Below, in pieces: positions 39,803 through 53,416 of a stretch of 64,000 nucleotides of DNA (position 1 is its first letter; each line of letters starts with the position of its first letter). The position numbers and the translations under genes were made by a program. The notes beneath the pieces were generated by a model. That model was not told the DNA's origin. It saw only the letters and a program-made list of their open reading frames with translations, and made no database searches. The stretch comes from Octopus sinensis. Lineage: Eukaryota. The DNA lies in assembly GCF_006345805.1 (NCBI RefSeq), contig NC_042999.1, positions 42,408,001-42,472,000 on the forward strand, read 5' to 3'.

Positions 39803-40616
39803 CATAGATGTATATATATACATATATATATGTATATATATATGTGTGTATGTATATATATATATGCGTATGTATATATATAAAAGAAACTATATAAATT
39901 GTTTAAAAAAAAGAAAAGAAAGAAAAGAAAGAGAAAAGAAACCTAAAGAAAAATGAAAATGACAAATGGAGAAATGGAGATAGCAGCAAATAAAAAGACT
40001 ATATACACACATGTAAATATATGTATACATGTATACACACACATGCATACTTGTACATTTAATGATAGTCATATGTGCGTGTGTGTGGTGTGTGTGTGTG
40101 TGTGTGTATGTATGTATTAATCACATTCACATACATAGAAATATGTAAAGTACACAGATATGTAGAAGCAGTTTATACACACATACACACACATATGTAT
40201 GTATGTATGTATGTATGCATGCATGCATGCATGCACAGAGAGAAAGTGAGAAAGAAAGAAAGAAAGAAAGCTGTATGCTTATATATATGTGTATATATAT
40301 TCTTGATTCCACATGACAAGCTGAGGAACAGTGATCAGTTTATAAAGCATTGTGTTAGAGACATTTGCATAGCTTCTTCAATTATCACAATCCGCATAGT
40401 AAAGTGTGCGGAAAATACAAAAAAAAAACCAAAAACAAAAAAAAACCCCGAAGTAACAAAAAATAAAAAGAACAACAGTGGATGGCTAATATAGGAAAAG
40501 TGGATTTTAGTTGCCACTTTAATAGACTCACACAAGCAAAAGGAGATGGCTTAGCAATGGATAGTGGGCGGTAAATGCACGACAAAACAATATAATTCAC
40601 TCTGTATTTAATGTAA

Positions 40617-40668
40617 GGGGGTGGGGGTGGGGGTGGGGGTGGGGGTGGGGGTGGGGGTGGGGGTGGGG
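40617..40668 (+). repeat. (GGGGGT)8GGGG, potential G-quadruplex
   Basis: Nine G-tracts with 1-nt loops. Confidence 0.9.
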
Positions 40669-41007
40669 AAAAAGAATAATAGAAAGAAGGGAAAGAAAGA
40701 AAATATTGTTTTCCAGAGAAAGAAACAATCAGCTTTGATTTGAAATGCCAGAAACAGGATTGGAAACAAAAGACAAATGTGAATTAGGAATATTATTATT
40801 ATTATTATTATTAGGCAATAGCAAGTGGCTTGACAGAATTGTTAGTGAAATGGAGAAACTGCCAAGCGGTATTTGTTCCAACTCTGGATGTTCTGAGTTC
40901 TGAGTTCTAATGTTTCTGATGTCAACTTTGACTTCCATTTCTAAAGGCACCGATAGAAATAAAATATCAGTTATGTAATGGGGTTGATTTGTTTAACTGA
41001 AGCCCCT

Positions 41008-41370
41008 TCTCTTAAATTTGTGGTAAGAAGTTTGCTTCCCAACCACATGGTTCCGAGTTCAGTCTCACTGCGAGGTATCTTGGGCATATGTCTTCTACTA
41101 CAGCCCCTGGCAGACCAAAAACTTGTGAGTGGATTTCGTAGATGGAAACAGAAACAAGCCCATCATATCATCATCATCATCATCATCATTTAGCGTCCGT
41201 TTTCCATGCTAGCATGGGTTGGACGGTTCTACTGGGGTCTGTGAAGCCAGAAGGCTTCATCAGGCCCAGTCAAATCTGGCAGTGTTTCTACGGCTGGATG
41301 CCCTTCCTAACGCAACCACTCCGTGAGTGTAGTGGGTGCTTTTTACGTGCCACCCGCACTGGTGCCAGAC
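41008..41370. mobile_element. SINE A 5' part (+) followed by RTE 3' tail (-)
   Basis: Homology to other copies. Confidence 0.75.
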
Positions 41371-41401
41371 ATATATATATATATTATATATATATATATA
41401 T

Positions 41402-41970
41402 ATAATAATAATATTAGGAAGTATAACTCCAAACTTACAGGGAAAAATTCCATTTAGTATTAAATCAAATTCTCAATATAAATATATAAAATATAAATTA
41501 GAGATTATTCATTTTTATACTTTTTGTAATCTAGTTATATGTTTTATAAAGATATATTTATTTTTTATTTATGATTTGGTTTATGTCTATCATTGTTTGA
41601 ATTGCATAATAGTGGTTTTTTTCTCTAATTTATATATATATATATATATGTGTGTGTGTATATATATATATAATATATATATATATATAATAATAATATT
41701 AGGAAGTATAACTCCAAACTTACAGGGAAAAATTCCATTTAGTATAAATCAAATTTCTCAATATAAATATATAAAATATAAATTAGAGATTATTCATTTT
41801 TATACTTTTTGTAATCTAGTTATATGTTTTATAAAGATATATTTATTTTTTATTTATGATTTGGTTTATGTCTATCATTGTTTGAATTGCATAATAGTGG
41901 TTTTTTCTCTAATTTATATATATATATATATATGTGTGTGTGTATATATATAATATATATATATATATAC
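41402..41970 (+). repeat. Near-perfect 285-bp tandem duplication
   Basis: ttaggaagtataactcc at 41414 and 41699. Confidence 0.9.
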
Positions 41971-42236
41971 ATGCACACACTTTATTTTTGTATTGTGACT
42001 TCCATCGGTTTCATGTTAAGGAATCCAGAATGGAGACAAACATTGATGTTCCATATGATAGACTTGACAATTGTTAAGGTATTCCTTAACATGAAACTAA
42101 TGATAACCTTAACCCATAAAGAAAGAATCTTTATCCACCCATGTGATGTTGAGCATACATTCACATTATTTGATATTTGCATACATACACACATACATAC
42201 ATACATGCATGCATTCATGCACACACACACATGAAT

Positions 42237-42500
42237 GTCTCTTCTAATTTTTAATTTTTATAAATTTTCCACTGAGGAGGGAGACGGTTTCCAGCAAAGA
42301 TACAAGGCACCATCTTTGGGATGTAATTAACACAGACAGATTCACATTTGGAACTTAAGTAAAGTCTTGCATACTTTTACTGTTCCACTTACACATTGCA
42401 CTTATTATGTATGAATTAGCCAGTCAATTTCTTTTTCTGAAAATCCCAGTTTACCCAGATTCCCCTTTAAATATTTACTAACAAACCTAGTGCTCCAATT
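42237..42500 (-). mobile_element. 3' fragment of the (TACA)n-associated R4-like family
   Basis: Reverse-complement homology to 19015-19280; abuts (TATG)n at 42500. Confidence 0.8.
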
Positions 42501-42669
42501 ATGTATGTATGTATGTATGTATGTGTGTATGGATGTATGTATGTATGTATGTATGTATGTATGTATGTATGTATGTATGTATGCATGCATGTATGTATGT
42601 ATGTGTATGTGTGTGCATATATGTTTGTACATGAGTGTGTATATGCATGTGTGTGCCAGTGTATGTGTG

Positions 42670-43272
42670 TTTTAACACTGTTGTCAAAATCCAGAGTAAA
42701 TCGCTGAAGGTCCTCAACTCATTTATGGAAAACAACTTCGAAGCCAGATTCCAAAAGTGGCAGGAATGCAGGGCCAGTGTATTTCTGCACAAGTCGACTA
42801 TTTTCAAGGAGATGATGTTAAAATTTAGGCAAATAAATTATTTTTTTATTAAACATAACATAGGCATAGGAGTGGCTGTGTGGTAAGTAGCTTGCTTACG
42901 AACCACATGGTTCTGAGTTCAGTCCCACTGCATGGCACCTTGGACAGGTATCTTCTACTATAACCTTGGGCCGACCAAAGCCTTGTGAGAGGATTTGGTA
43001 GACGGAATCTGAAAGAAGCCCTTCGTGCGTGCGTATGTTTGTGTGTCTGTGTTTGTTCCCCCTAACATCGCTTGACAACCGATGCTGGTGTGTTCACGTC
43101 CCCGTAACTTAGCGGTTCGGCAATAGTGGCCGATAGAATAAGTACTAGGTTTGCAAAAAATAAGTCTGGGGGTTGAGTTGCTTGATTAAAGGCGGTGCTC
43201 CAGCATGGCCACAGTCACATGACTGAACAAGTAAAAGAGTAAAAGAGAGAGTCTGGGAACTTTTTGATAGCA
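42670..43272 (+). mobile_element. Mariner 3' remnant with TIR, interrupted by SINE A
   Basis: ENNFEARFQKWQE../CISAQVDYFQGDDVKI*; TIR-like agtctgggaactttttgatagcacatagta after the SINE. Confidence 0.6.
42865..43247 (+). mobile_element. SINE family A
   Basis: Full structure. Confidence 0.85.
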
Positions 43273-43680
43273 CATAGTATACTCTTTACTTGTTTCAGTC
43301 ATTTGACTGTGGCCATGCTGGAGCACCGCCTTTAGTCGAGCAAATCGACCCCGGGACTTATTCTTTGTAAGCCCAGTACTTATTCTATCGGTCTCTTTTG
43401 CCGAACCGCTAAGTGACGGGGACGTAAACACACCAGCATCGGTTGTCAAGCAATGCTAGGGGGACAAACACAGACACACAACATACACATACATATATAT
43501 ATATATATACATATAGAACGACAGGCTTCTTTCAGTTTCCATCTACCAAATCCACTCACAAGGCATTGGTCGGCCCGGGGCTATAGCAGAAGACACTTAC
43601 CCAAGATGCCACACAGTGGGACTGAACCCAGAACCATGTGGTTGGTTAGGAAGCTACTTACCACACAGCCACTCCTGTAC
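43272..43680 (-). mobile_element. SINE family A
   Basis: Full structure, tail-to-tail with the previous copy. Confidence 0.85.
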
Positions 43681-44275
43681 ATGTAGAATGCTTCTTCGTT
43701 ATTGATTGAAATAATGGTTTTTATTTTTTTGCTGCTGTGTTACCTTTTCTCTCTGCACATCACTCAATACTGATATAAAAGCGAAAAAAAACCTGTGGTG
43801 TCAACCATGTAAATCAAAGCATAAGGTTTACATATTACGTATGGTATGACATGACTGATGTCATAAAGTTAATTTTGTTTGGCCCACAACACTGCCTTGG
43901 TCAAGTAAATCGAACCAAGTGTATAAACAAAGATTTTCCCACGATGACATTCTTATCTGATTCTATAACTAAAACTATATTGTCTAATGTATCCAGCCTT
44001 CTTTAAGATGGTAGATATTGATTTGTGGGGACCTAGCTGTAGGTCATGCAACCACAGAGAGGGCTTCCATAAGTTCATTGTTTTGATTGCTGGTGTAAAG
44101 CATTTTAGCCCCAGATCAGTTGACTGAGCAACTGAACAGACATATGATCAAAGTTGTTACATTCATGACCACCCAGGTTTGGTGTGGGTCGGGGATTGTG
44201 TCTTCTCTGATAGCTCTCAAGAGAGCATTATCATGTAAGTTAATTTGATAAATGGAAACTGTGCAGAAGCTCAGC

Positions 44276-44307
<32 letters not shown>

Positions 44308-44404
44308 AATAAATATATATGTATAAATATATATATATATGTATATATATATATATTATATATGTATATATATATATATATATAGATATATATATATAAA
44401 TAAA

Positions 44405-44760
44405 TCATCATCATCATCATCGTTAACATCCGCTTTCCATGCTAGCATGGGTTGGACGGTTCAACTGGGGTCTGGGAAGCCCGAAGGCGGCACAGGCCGT
44501 CAGATCTGGTGTGTTTTCTACAGCTGGATGCCTTTCCTAACGCCAACCACTCCGTGAGTATAGTGGGTGCTTTTTATGTGCCACCGACACAGGTGCCAGA
44601 TGAGGCTGCGAACAGCCACGCTCGGATGGTGCTTTTTAAGTGTCACCAGCATGGAGGCCAGGCGAGGCTGGCACGCCAACGATCAGACGGTGTTTGTTAC
44701 ATGCCACCAGCACGGAGGCCAGTCAATACGGTGCTGGCTAACGGCCACATTTGGATGGCT
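44405..44760 (-). mobile_element. RTE 3' UTR copy
   Basis: Homology to other copies. Confidence 0.8.
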
Positions 44761-44807
44761 CACACACACATATATATATATATATATAAATATGTATTAC
44801 ATGTTTA

Positions 44808-44839
<32 letters not shown>

Positions 44840-44889
44840 ATATATATATAAATAAATATTCTATATATATATATATTATATATATATAT

Positions 44890-45210
44890 AGTGGTTAGAG
44901 TGTCGAGCTGACAATCGTGAGGTTGTGAGCTCAAATCCAGACCGGGCTGGGTGTTGTGTTCATGAGCAAGACACTTTATTTCACGTTGCTCCAGTTCACT
45001 CAGCTGTAGAAATGAGTTACCATGTCACAGGTTCCAAGCTGTATCGGCCGTTGCCATTCTCTTGGATAACAATGGTGGCATGGAGAGGGGAGGCCGGTAT
45101 GCATGGGCGACTGCTGGTCTTCCATGAACAACCTTGCCCGGACTTGTGCCTGGGAGGGTAACTTTCTAGGTGCAATCCCATGGTCTGTGTCGTGACCGAA
45201 GGGGGTCTCA
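44890..45210 (+). mobile_element. tRNA-derived SINE, C head plus alternative tail
   Basis: agtggttagagtgtcgagctgacaatcgtgaggttgtgagctcaaatcc...gaagggggtctc. Confidence 0.75.
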
Positions 45211-45479
45211 GAATATATATATATCTTTTTTCCACTTCCTTCCTAAAGATAAGACATGCTTTTACCTGTCTCTTCTCAAAGCTCATTTTTCTAGTGTTCA
45301 CCACTTCACATTGTCTTGGCTTAACAGCCCTCACCGTTCGTTTTAACTGTTTTGTTCTCACTATCCTGTTTTTGTTACCATTTTCACCTTTCGCAAAAAA
45401 ATCCCAAATTTTATTTAACTTGCTTTACAGGAAGGGCTGTTTTAATGAAGTCGTGTCTTGTCCCTACATTTGAAACATG

Positions 45480-45717
45480 GAGTAGATAAAACAGGGAACA
45501 ACTGATGAAGGGAATGTTTTTTTATGTTGCCTGTCTCGTTTCTCTGTGTGTTTCTTTCGTTGTTCGAAAAAAGTTTGTTTTCTGTTTTTGTTTTTTATGT
45601 TCTCGTTTCTCATTTTGTCTACGTTTTTTTGATGTCCTTTACCCATACATGCCTGTATATATACATATATATGAAGGTATGTACATATGCATATATTTAT
45701 ATATCATTTTTATCATA
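45480..45717 (+). repeat. Unclassified dispersed repeat (also 46330-46590 + and 54735-55085 -)
   Basis: Shared ctga(t/a)gaagggga..., tgtcctgtactcatatatgc...gtaggtatgtacat. Confidence 0.6.
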
Positions 45718-46071
45718 TCTTTATATATAAAAGTGAAGTTGTGTGTCTGTCTCCTACGATTTAGATTCCTAACTACTCCCACATTTTGCCGTGCAGTTTA
45801 ACCAAAACCGGGTATCTTATAGTCGTGATTCATATCGAGCCCTTCTGGGTATTAGCACGCGTCTATGATGAGTCTACAATTTTAAAGGCATATATAAGGG
45901 AAGTAACTCTCTAAAAATTTATTAAATCTCAGAACGTAAAAAGCTACAGTAACACCCCCCCCCCACTTTGTGGTTAGCCATATTGAGATGGCTATTATAT
46001 TTTACATCTCTAAAAATGATTATGTAGTTATTTCCCTTACAAACCCAAGCAACGCCGGGCAATACTGCTAG
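45718..46071 (+). mobile_element. Non-autonomous Helitron-like element
   Basis: 5' A|TCTTTATATATAAAAG; 3' hairpin ccc..ggg (cccaagcaacgccggg) followed by CTAG|T. Confidence 0.7.
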
Positions 46072-46882
46072 TATATATATAAACTAACCTACAAGGTATT
46101 GGTCATTCCAGAGTTATAGTAAGAGACACTTAGCCCATTCTAAAGCAAGATTTGGATGGTCGCCAATACAATACCTTTAATCAAAAGTATGCTCAGTGAA
46201 AGAAGGCTGAGGATTAAACAATGTTAGCAAGAGCAATCTTACAACAGTGAATATTCTCTCACACTTAAAATCTACAGCTGACCCACAAACTAACAACACA
46301 CATACCTCATGTATGAGTACAGGCATTGAGTCGAAACAGGGGCAGCTGAAGAAGGGGAATGTTCCTTGCGTTGGTTGTCTTGTATTCTGTTTTTTCGTTG
46401 TTAAAAAAAAGTCTGTTTCCTTGTTTGGTTTTATGTTTCCGTTTCTCGTTGTGTTCTACGTTTATTTGTGGTGTCCTGTACTCATATATGCATGTATATA
46501 TACATATAGATGTAGGTATGTACATATATGTATGTATGTATGCATATGTTTTATTTATTAAATTGTTATTATATATATATATATATACCAAGTAAGTTAG
46601 GGGTTGTGGATCCAACCCTCTAAAGGATACTACTTATCCAATATACTGTTGGTATACTACCCAAATTATTAATACACAAACTGTATATATGTATGTTATT
46701 ATTGTTGTAGTTTTGATAATTAAATAAGGCAACATTCTAATATCCTAGAGCTGATAAACCAACTAATGTGTTTCTCCATTTTCTTATTTGTAACATATAT
46801 ATACACACACACACGGTACTTTACAGACAAGAAAGTAAATTTTAGTTATATGAAATATTGTCACACACACACACATATATAT

Positions 46883-47935
46883 ACTGGGCGTGATGGGTAA
46901 ATTAGCGTCATTTTATATTTTTTAATTTAACACATGTGCATTGTTTGTTTTTGATTTTGTCAACTACACAGTATAGTAGGGTCAGTTGGGCACCAACTGT
47001 AAGAAAAATAGCATCATAACACAATTTATTCTGCCAGAAATTTGGAAATGACATGCTATACTGCTTGTCATTTGTGCTGGAAGCTCCAGTACGAACATTT
47101 CAGAGTGTTTGGGTGTCAATTTGAGGACAGTACAGAGGATTTGGAAAGATTTGAATGAGTCTAATGGTGTACTATGAAGCTTTTGAACAAACTCAAGCAT
47201 TCCCTCCAACCAATCATGCTTTGATTTTTCTTAGATGAGAAAAATTTCTGCCAAGATCAGATAGTAAAAACACAGAACAACTGTTGGCTTACTGTGTACC
47301 CAAAACATGTACAGAAAGAGATAAAAATCAAACATCCAGTCAACATCATTGTGTTTGGAGTGATATCTAGTGATGGCGATGTTATGCATCCATTCATCTT
47401 CACAAATGGCCTCACACTCAACATGGAGGCCCACATCAAGTTCCTGGAGGAGTTAGTGCTGCCCTGAGTGAAGAGGGTGGTTGCTGGAAGACCCTGTGTC
47501 TGGCAACAGGACTCTGCACCATGCCACACAAGCAGGAGAATCCAGTTACAGCTGTCAGACAATTTCTGTAACCACATCACCCTTAACATCTGGCGATCTA
47601 ACCACCCAGACTGCAACCTCTGCATTATTATATGTGGGACACAATTGAGTGAGAGACCAACAAAACTCCTTGTAACACCAAAGATGAACTGAAGGCAAAG
47701 ATTACGGCAGCATTCACCAACTTAAATAAGGAGACCATCTAGAAGAGTTGCAGGAGATTCTGAAGTCATCTGGAGGTCATGGTTGAAGCTAATGGCAATT
47801 TTATTGAATAAATTTACTCTTTAGTATTTCAAGATGTTTTTATGTAATTTTGCTAAATATATCTGTTAAAATGAGATGTCAGTGTTATTTTCATTTTTGT
47901 GTAATTTAGACAAGAGTTTATTCACCACACTCTGC
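46883..47935 (+). mobile_element. Decayed Tc1/mariner (maT/DD37D-like) transposon
   Basis: KRVVAGRPCVWQQDSAPCHTSRRIQLQLSDNFCNHITLNIW..HPDCN; homologous to 13909-15215. Confidence 0.8.
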
Positions 47936-48029
47936 CATCTCTCTCAGATGCCTTATTCAATCCCACTGCAAATGTTTTGAAGCATAGGTGACTGATGAAT
48001 GCTGTATCATCCACTAGATTATAAGATAT

Positions 48030-48460
48030 CATCACTGTGTACTGCTATATGTCTCTTCAGACCCAAAACCAACTTGTAAGCCCCTTCCACATACTACACG
48101 AGTCGAATCACCCATTCTAGGAGGAAGGATATCACATGCAGATGACCTTTCATAGAACTTCAGATGGTTGGTATACCCAACCTTGGAAAAGAGCATATGC
48201 CAACAAGTTTCACATACCAACATTTTATGTTCTCATTGAGGTTCTGATGACAGACTCCCCCACCCCAAAGCCAACACTTTAGGCTGTCATGCTTCTGGCA
48301 ATCCTCTTCAAAATATTTACAGCGCCTCTTATATGCACTTCCTCCACTCAACTCTTTTCAAATGTAGTTCTTCCCAGTTCTTTACACTGATCTGCAGTTC
48401 CTTCAGGCTGCTTTTTGAATAGCACTTTTGGCTACTCTGGTACCTAAGGTTTCCTGCTGA
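48030..48460 (-). mobile_element. Ancient RTE (BovB-like) ORF2 C-terminal remnant
   Basis: KSSLKELQISVKNWEELHLKRVEWRKCI plus Zn-finger-like CETC..NHL. Confidence 0.55.
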
Positions 48461-48647
48461 CAGAGATTAACATTTTTTCAACCAGAATTTAAAATACAAA
48501 TGACACTCCACCATTAAGGTTTAAGCAAATATCATTTGCCATGGTCTTGAATCAACCCATGCCTCTTCAGTGAAATTAAGTACGCTGAAAGAGTAAAAGC
48601 TCATTGAATTGATTGTACCTGTAATTCCTATGTATTTTGAATTCTAG

Positions 48648-48685
48648 TTGAAAAAGTGCTAACCTATGTCAGTATGAAACCTCAG
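48648..48685 (+). other. Possible small exon (xEKVLTYVSMKPQ)
   Basis: ttttgaattctAG|...cctcAG|GTAACA; only one open frame; no homology recognised. Confidence 0.2.
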
Positions 48686-50339
48686 GTAACAGAGTAACCT
48701 TCACACATTATGTTGTGTTGATTCTCCATGATAATTATGTTATGAGTTATATATATATATATATATATATGTGGAATATTCAGCCACTTGCACAGTAATT
48801 CAATGAGTCGGTGGTAAAGCTGATAATGGTGGTAGCAGTGATAATGATAATGATGATGATGGTGATGATAGCAGTGACGGCAGCAATGGTAGTGGTGGTG
48901 GTGGTGGTGGTGATGGTGGAAAGAGGGAGAATACTGTTGGACATAACTGAGAAACATTGAATTCTAAGACTTCTCAAAAAGTGTAAATCAATGTGGTTAG
49001 ATAGCTTAAACTTAAAAATTACAATGTTAATACACATTAAGATTCCATATTTTTTTTTTTGAAAAAAGAAGAATTTTACATTTTAAATAATGAAATAAAT
49101 TAATAAGAGAGATAAAAAAAAATGCAATTAAATGTAACCATTCGCAATCAAGATATTCATTAGAGAATTTAGTTAATTGATTTTTTTATTTATTTATTTA
49201 GTCATTTATTGAATTCTAGGAAAATTAATTATTTTAAATGATCTGCAATTATTTAAATAATTGTGATATATATCTCTTTTTCTTTAAATTCTTCTGTATT
49301 CTGAGTTTTGTTTTAAAATACACCAAGATTAGAAATATTATTTCCTTTTCTTTTATTTTTCCACTTTTTAGTTTTTATTTTATATAAAAAAAAATTTTAT
49401 TATGCTTTTCTTTGGTATTATTACACATGATCAAGATGGACAAATCTATAGCAATATAAAACCCTTAGAATCCTGGCTCCGATTTCTTCCTTTTCTTCTT
49501 AAATGAGGTATTTATTTATATATTATTACTACTACTACTACTACTACTACCATTATTATTATTATTATTATTATTATTGCTTTCTTGTATGCAGGATTAG
49601 AAAATGTAAAGAAATATGTGCTATGTGCTGCTAGTGGCTGGTGATAGTATACAGCAACATCAGAAATAATCAAGAATAATTGCAGTGAAGAATTACTCCA
49701 AGACAAAAGTTTGGCGACAACCTACTTAGAGCAGTCGTTTCATTCCTCATTACCAAGTTCAGCAGCAAAAATGATTCAGTATCAATGATGAAGACTAAAT
49801 CTATGAAACCACTAGATTATGCAATGCAAAAAAAACCTAAAAAGAAATTTATTTAACATTTTCATTCTCATAGAATTTTAATCTTAATTTCATTTCTTTC
49901 TTTTTTTCTTTGCTAAGAAAAATGTTTTGTCTTTTCGTTGTTGTTTTTTTCTTTCTTTCTATATTGTTGCAATCTCCTTTTGATGTTCTTTGATCCTGTA
50001 TACAATTACAATCCTTATAGATTTGCTAGTTTGCTGTTAAGCAGGAATTTTATTGAGCAAAATCACAGAGGCAATAAATGTCATAAATTTGACTTTAAAA
50101 AAATAAAAATGGTACAGGAAAAAATATCACGTTACATTTAAATGTTATCTAAAAAACAAATATGGTTAAAGTAATTAAACAAATAAAATTTTAAGTCACT
50201 TATTAAATGAGAATATATGACTTGCTCACAATGAGAAAACAATTTTATAATGATGATCATGAAATGATATATATGTATATATGTAACCAAAGAAAAGCAA
50301 GTGAACAAGTGAAAGATTAAAAGATTAATAATTCTTTCT

Positions 50340-50548
50340 ACTATAGGAAGAAGGTCTGAAATTTTCGAGGATGGGGCTAGTCAATTACATTTACCCCAGT
50401 GCATAACTGGTACTTAGTTCACCAATGCCAAAAAAATGAAAGTCAAAGTCAGCCATGATAGAATCTGAACTCAAAAACATAAAGATGGATGAACAGCCAC
50501 CAAGCATTTTGTCTAACATGTTGATGGTTCTCCTAGCTTACAACCTTA
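50340..50548 (-). mobile_element. Degenerate SINE family D
   Basis: Homology to 22098-22470. Confidence 0.55.
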
Positions 50549-50580
50549 ACAATAATAATAATAATAATAATAATAATGAT

Positions 50581-51248
50581 AATAGAATATGTGGAGTTGG
50601 ACAAGAAACAATAAATCTTATTATCTCTGGCTGCCCAGTCCTGGCTAAGAAGGAATATATTCACAGACATGACAGAGTTGGAACCTACATACACTGGAAG
50701 CTATGCCAACATTATGGAATAACAACAGAAAAAAGATGGTATAGGCACACACCAGAAAAGGTCACAGAAAACGAGAAAGCAACCATACTCTGGGATATGC
50801 CGATACACACAGATAGAGAAATTAAGGCCAACAGACCAGATATAGTTGTAAGAGATCATGAAGAAAAAAAATGCTTTCTAATTGATGTATCAATACCAGC
50901 AGATGACAACGTGTCTCTAAAAGAAATGGAGAAACTTTCAAAATACAAAGACCTGGAAATAGAGGTAACCAGAATGTGGAATCTAAAAACAGAAACAATT
51001 CCTATCATAGTAGGCGCATTAGGCATGATAAAAAAATATTCAGACAAATACATAACAAAAACACCAGGACTTACAAACACATATAACATACAGAAAATTG
51101 CACTACTAGGCACTGCACACATCCTATGCAGAACACTTTCCATACAATAACCATCAGAGCATCACAATAAATCACAGCACATACCCAAGGCACACAGAGC
51201 TGCGCTCGGTAGTGAAGTGAAAGCACGCTATAAAAATAAAACTACTGA
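50581..51248 (+). mobile_element. Dong/R4-like LINE 3' fragment (CCHC plus RLE) in (TAA)n
   Basis: Open frame to 51150: ICGVGQETIN..SGCPVLAKKEYIHRHDRVG...NRPDIVVRD..FLIDVSIP...KLSKYKDL; (AAT)n on both flanks. Confidence 0.88.
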
Positions 51249-52819
51249 ATAATAATAATGATAATATTGACGATGATGATGATTTCTTAATGATAATAAC
51301 AGGAATAATAAAAGTGTTGATAAGTCACAATCTATAATAATAAACTGGAAATTCTGTCTGTCCGGGACCCCTGTGTCTCAGTCTACATTTGCTCTACGTA
51401 GACATATTATACCATTTGGAATCAGGATGATCCCAGGATTGTAAATCTTTGCTTCATTAGGTTCTTGAACATGCAGCATTGAGATCTGATTTAAAAGCAT
51501 TTGGGTTGCTATTTCTAACAGGTAAAGCTTGGCTGATTCATGCCATCTTGGTTGGTATTTGTTAGATGCCATCAGAAATCAAGGGGGAGATAAATGATGT
51601 TTGCTTCATTAATTTTACATCACGATAAGAACTTTGGAACCAATTGGCCAACAAGTGGAATTCAACTTGGGACTGGAACAATAGAATGATTGCATCACAG
51701 AATTAATTCTCATGTGACCTTAACTTCTGATCAAACACTATCAGGGGATATAGTCATTAGAGACATATTGTAGTCATGTTATTTAGCTCTCTTTAGTTTT
51801 GGGCCACAGACCCAATTAGCTCTCTGCAGGAGCTAGCATAAAAGTCTGAACAGGGTGCAGCTTTTAAACTAGTACAGTAATAAATCACAAATGTAAGCAG
51901 TGGAGAATGTATAAAATAACAATGGTCATGATGATGCTGATAATGATAATGATAGTACTAAGAATAATAAGACTATGAAGAAACTAATGCTAATAGTAAT
52001 TAATAATAGATAATGAATAAATTTGATAATCCTAGACAAGGAATTTTGAGAGGGGAGGGGGCATTAGAGGAGGTGATTGTGTCAGATGATGAAAGATTAG
52101 AGTGTGACAGAGAGACAGAGAGGCAGAAACAGGTGTGACCTTATATGTTGAGATGAAAATCAATAGAAAAAGGCGAATGAATGGAAAAAGACAAAAACAT
52201 TTTTAAAAAATGGAAAGGGAGTTCTTCAGAATGAGAGAATTAATGAATGAAATAAAGTTTTTTAAAATTATATTTTAGCTTGAGGAAGTATTAAGTAAAC
52301 AAATGGCTTATTTGTATTAGCCATTTATTAAGTTAGATATTGTGTATTTGAAAGAAAGAGAGTTAATAATATAATTATTTGAATGGTGGAAAGGAAGGAA
52401 TGATAAGAGGTGAGTATAATGAGTGTCTGTTGCTGAGGCATATTGTATGAAAATGTGAATGAGATAAAGATTTAAGGAGAAATGATACTGATAACCAATT
52501 TAAGGGGACACTGGTGAGTAATAAGGGAATAAAAAGACGCTTGTAAAACCATAAAAGCAGCTGAAAGTCAAATCTCCAGGATATTGGAAATGAATGAAAC
52601 TGAGTGAAGGATTGTTGATTAAGGTGTGAGTACACTTCAAAATGAAATTAAGAAGTACAACGCAAAGATAAGGCATTAAAGATTAAGGGTGAAAGAAAAC
52701 CTAAAATTGATAGGGAAAAAGAAAATTAAAATTAAAAGATGGAGTAATATAGTTATGTGATGGTAAAGGAGTGAAGCCTATGAAACTGTTCAATCATCTA
52801 TCTTCGAATAATTTTTACC

Positions 52820-53050
52820 TTTTATTTGTTTCAGTCATTTGACTGTGGCCATGCTGGAGCACCACCTTGAAGACTTTTTTGTCAAATGAATCAACTTCAG
52901 TATTTTTTTTTTTTTTTTTGCAGCCTGGTACTTATTCCTATCAGGCTCTTTTTGCTGGACTGCTAAGTTACAGGGACATAAACTAACCAACACCGGTTGT
53001 CAAGCAGTGGGATGGGGATGGGGGGACAAACACAGACACAAACACACATA
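52820..53050 (-). mobile_element. SINE A 3' half
   Basis: Homology to other copies. Confidence 0.7.
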
Positions 53051-53416
53051 CACACACACACACACATATAGTAATAATAACAATAATCCTCGAATGGAAT
53101 TTATAAACATTTAATGCATTGCTATGCGCATTTCCACAAATCCCATGTCTCTTCAAATAACAGTCCATATTCCTGGGAGGATTACAGTATAGTCCGTAGT
53201 ATCCATGGGCATTAGGTTAATCACCTCCAAAACACTGGTTCACCAGTCAGCATCATTAGACTGTGGCTGACATAACGGAATAGGACCTGTATTTGCATAT
53301 TCAAAATGTTTTCCGTAAACAAATTTAAAATCATGTATGTATGCATATATATATATATATATATAAATAATACATTTCTAAATCTCTTAGAGAGATTTAT
53401 ACAGTAGTAACACGAT

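Noticed and set aside
40729-40950. 73-aa ORF with a good acceptor and poly-Asn
   Set aside because: Sequence aligns to the antisense of a degenerate SINE D followed by (AAT)n
42021-42078. Exon-like segment NPEWRQTLMFHMIDLTIVK, weakly C2-domain-like
   Set aside because: Only 19 aa, weak donor, and bracketed by an inverted repeat (tttcatgttaaggaat/attccttaacatgaaa) suggesting a repeat remnant
45470-45515. GAAAC...CTGATGAAGGG as a permuted hammerhead (also 46330 and 55040)
   Set aside because: Stems I and III could not be formed consistently across the three copies
50455-50580. N-terminus of the 231-aa ORF as part of a host gene
   Set aside because: Derived from an antisense SINE plus (AAT)n fused by chance to the Dong RLE frame
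51378-51572. 64-aa minus-strand ORF
   Set aside because: Contains the dispersed gctatttcta repeat motif; no splice or homology support
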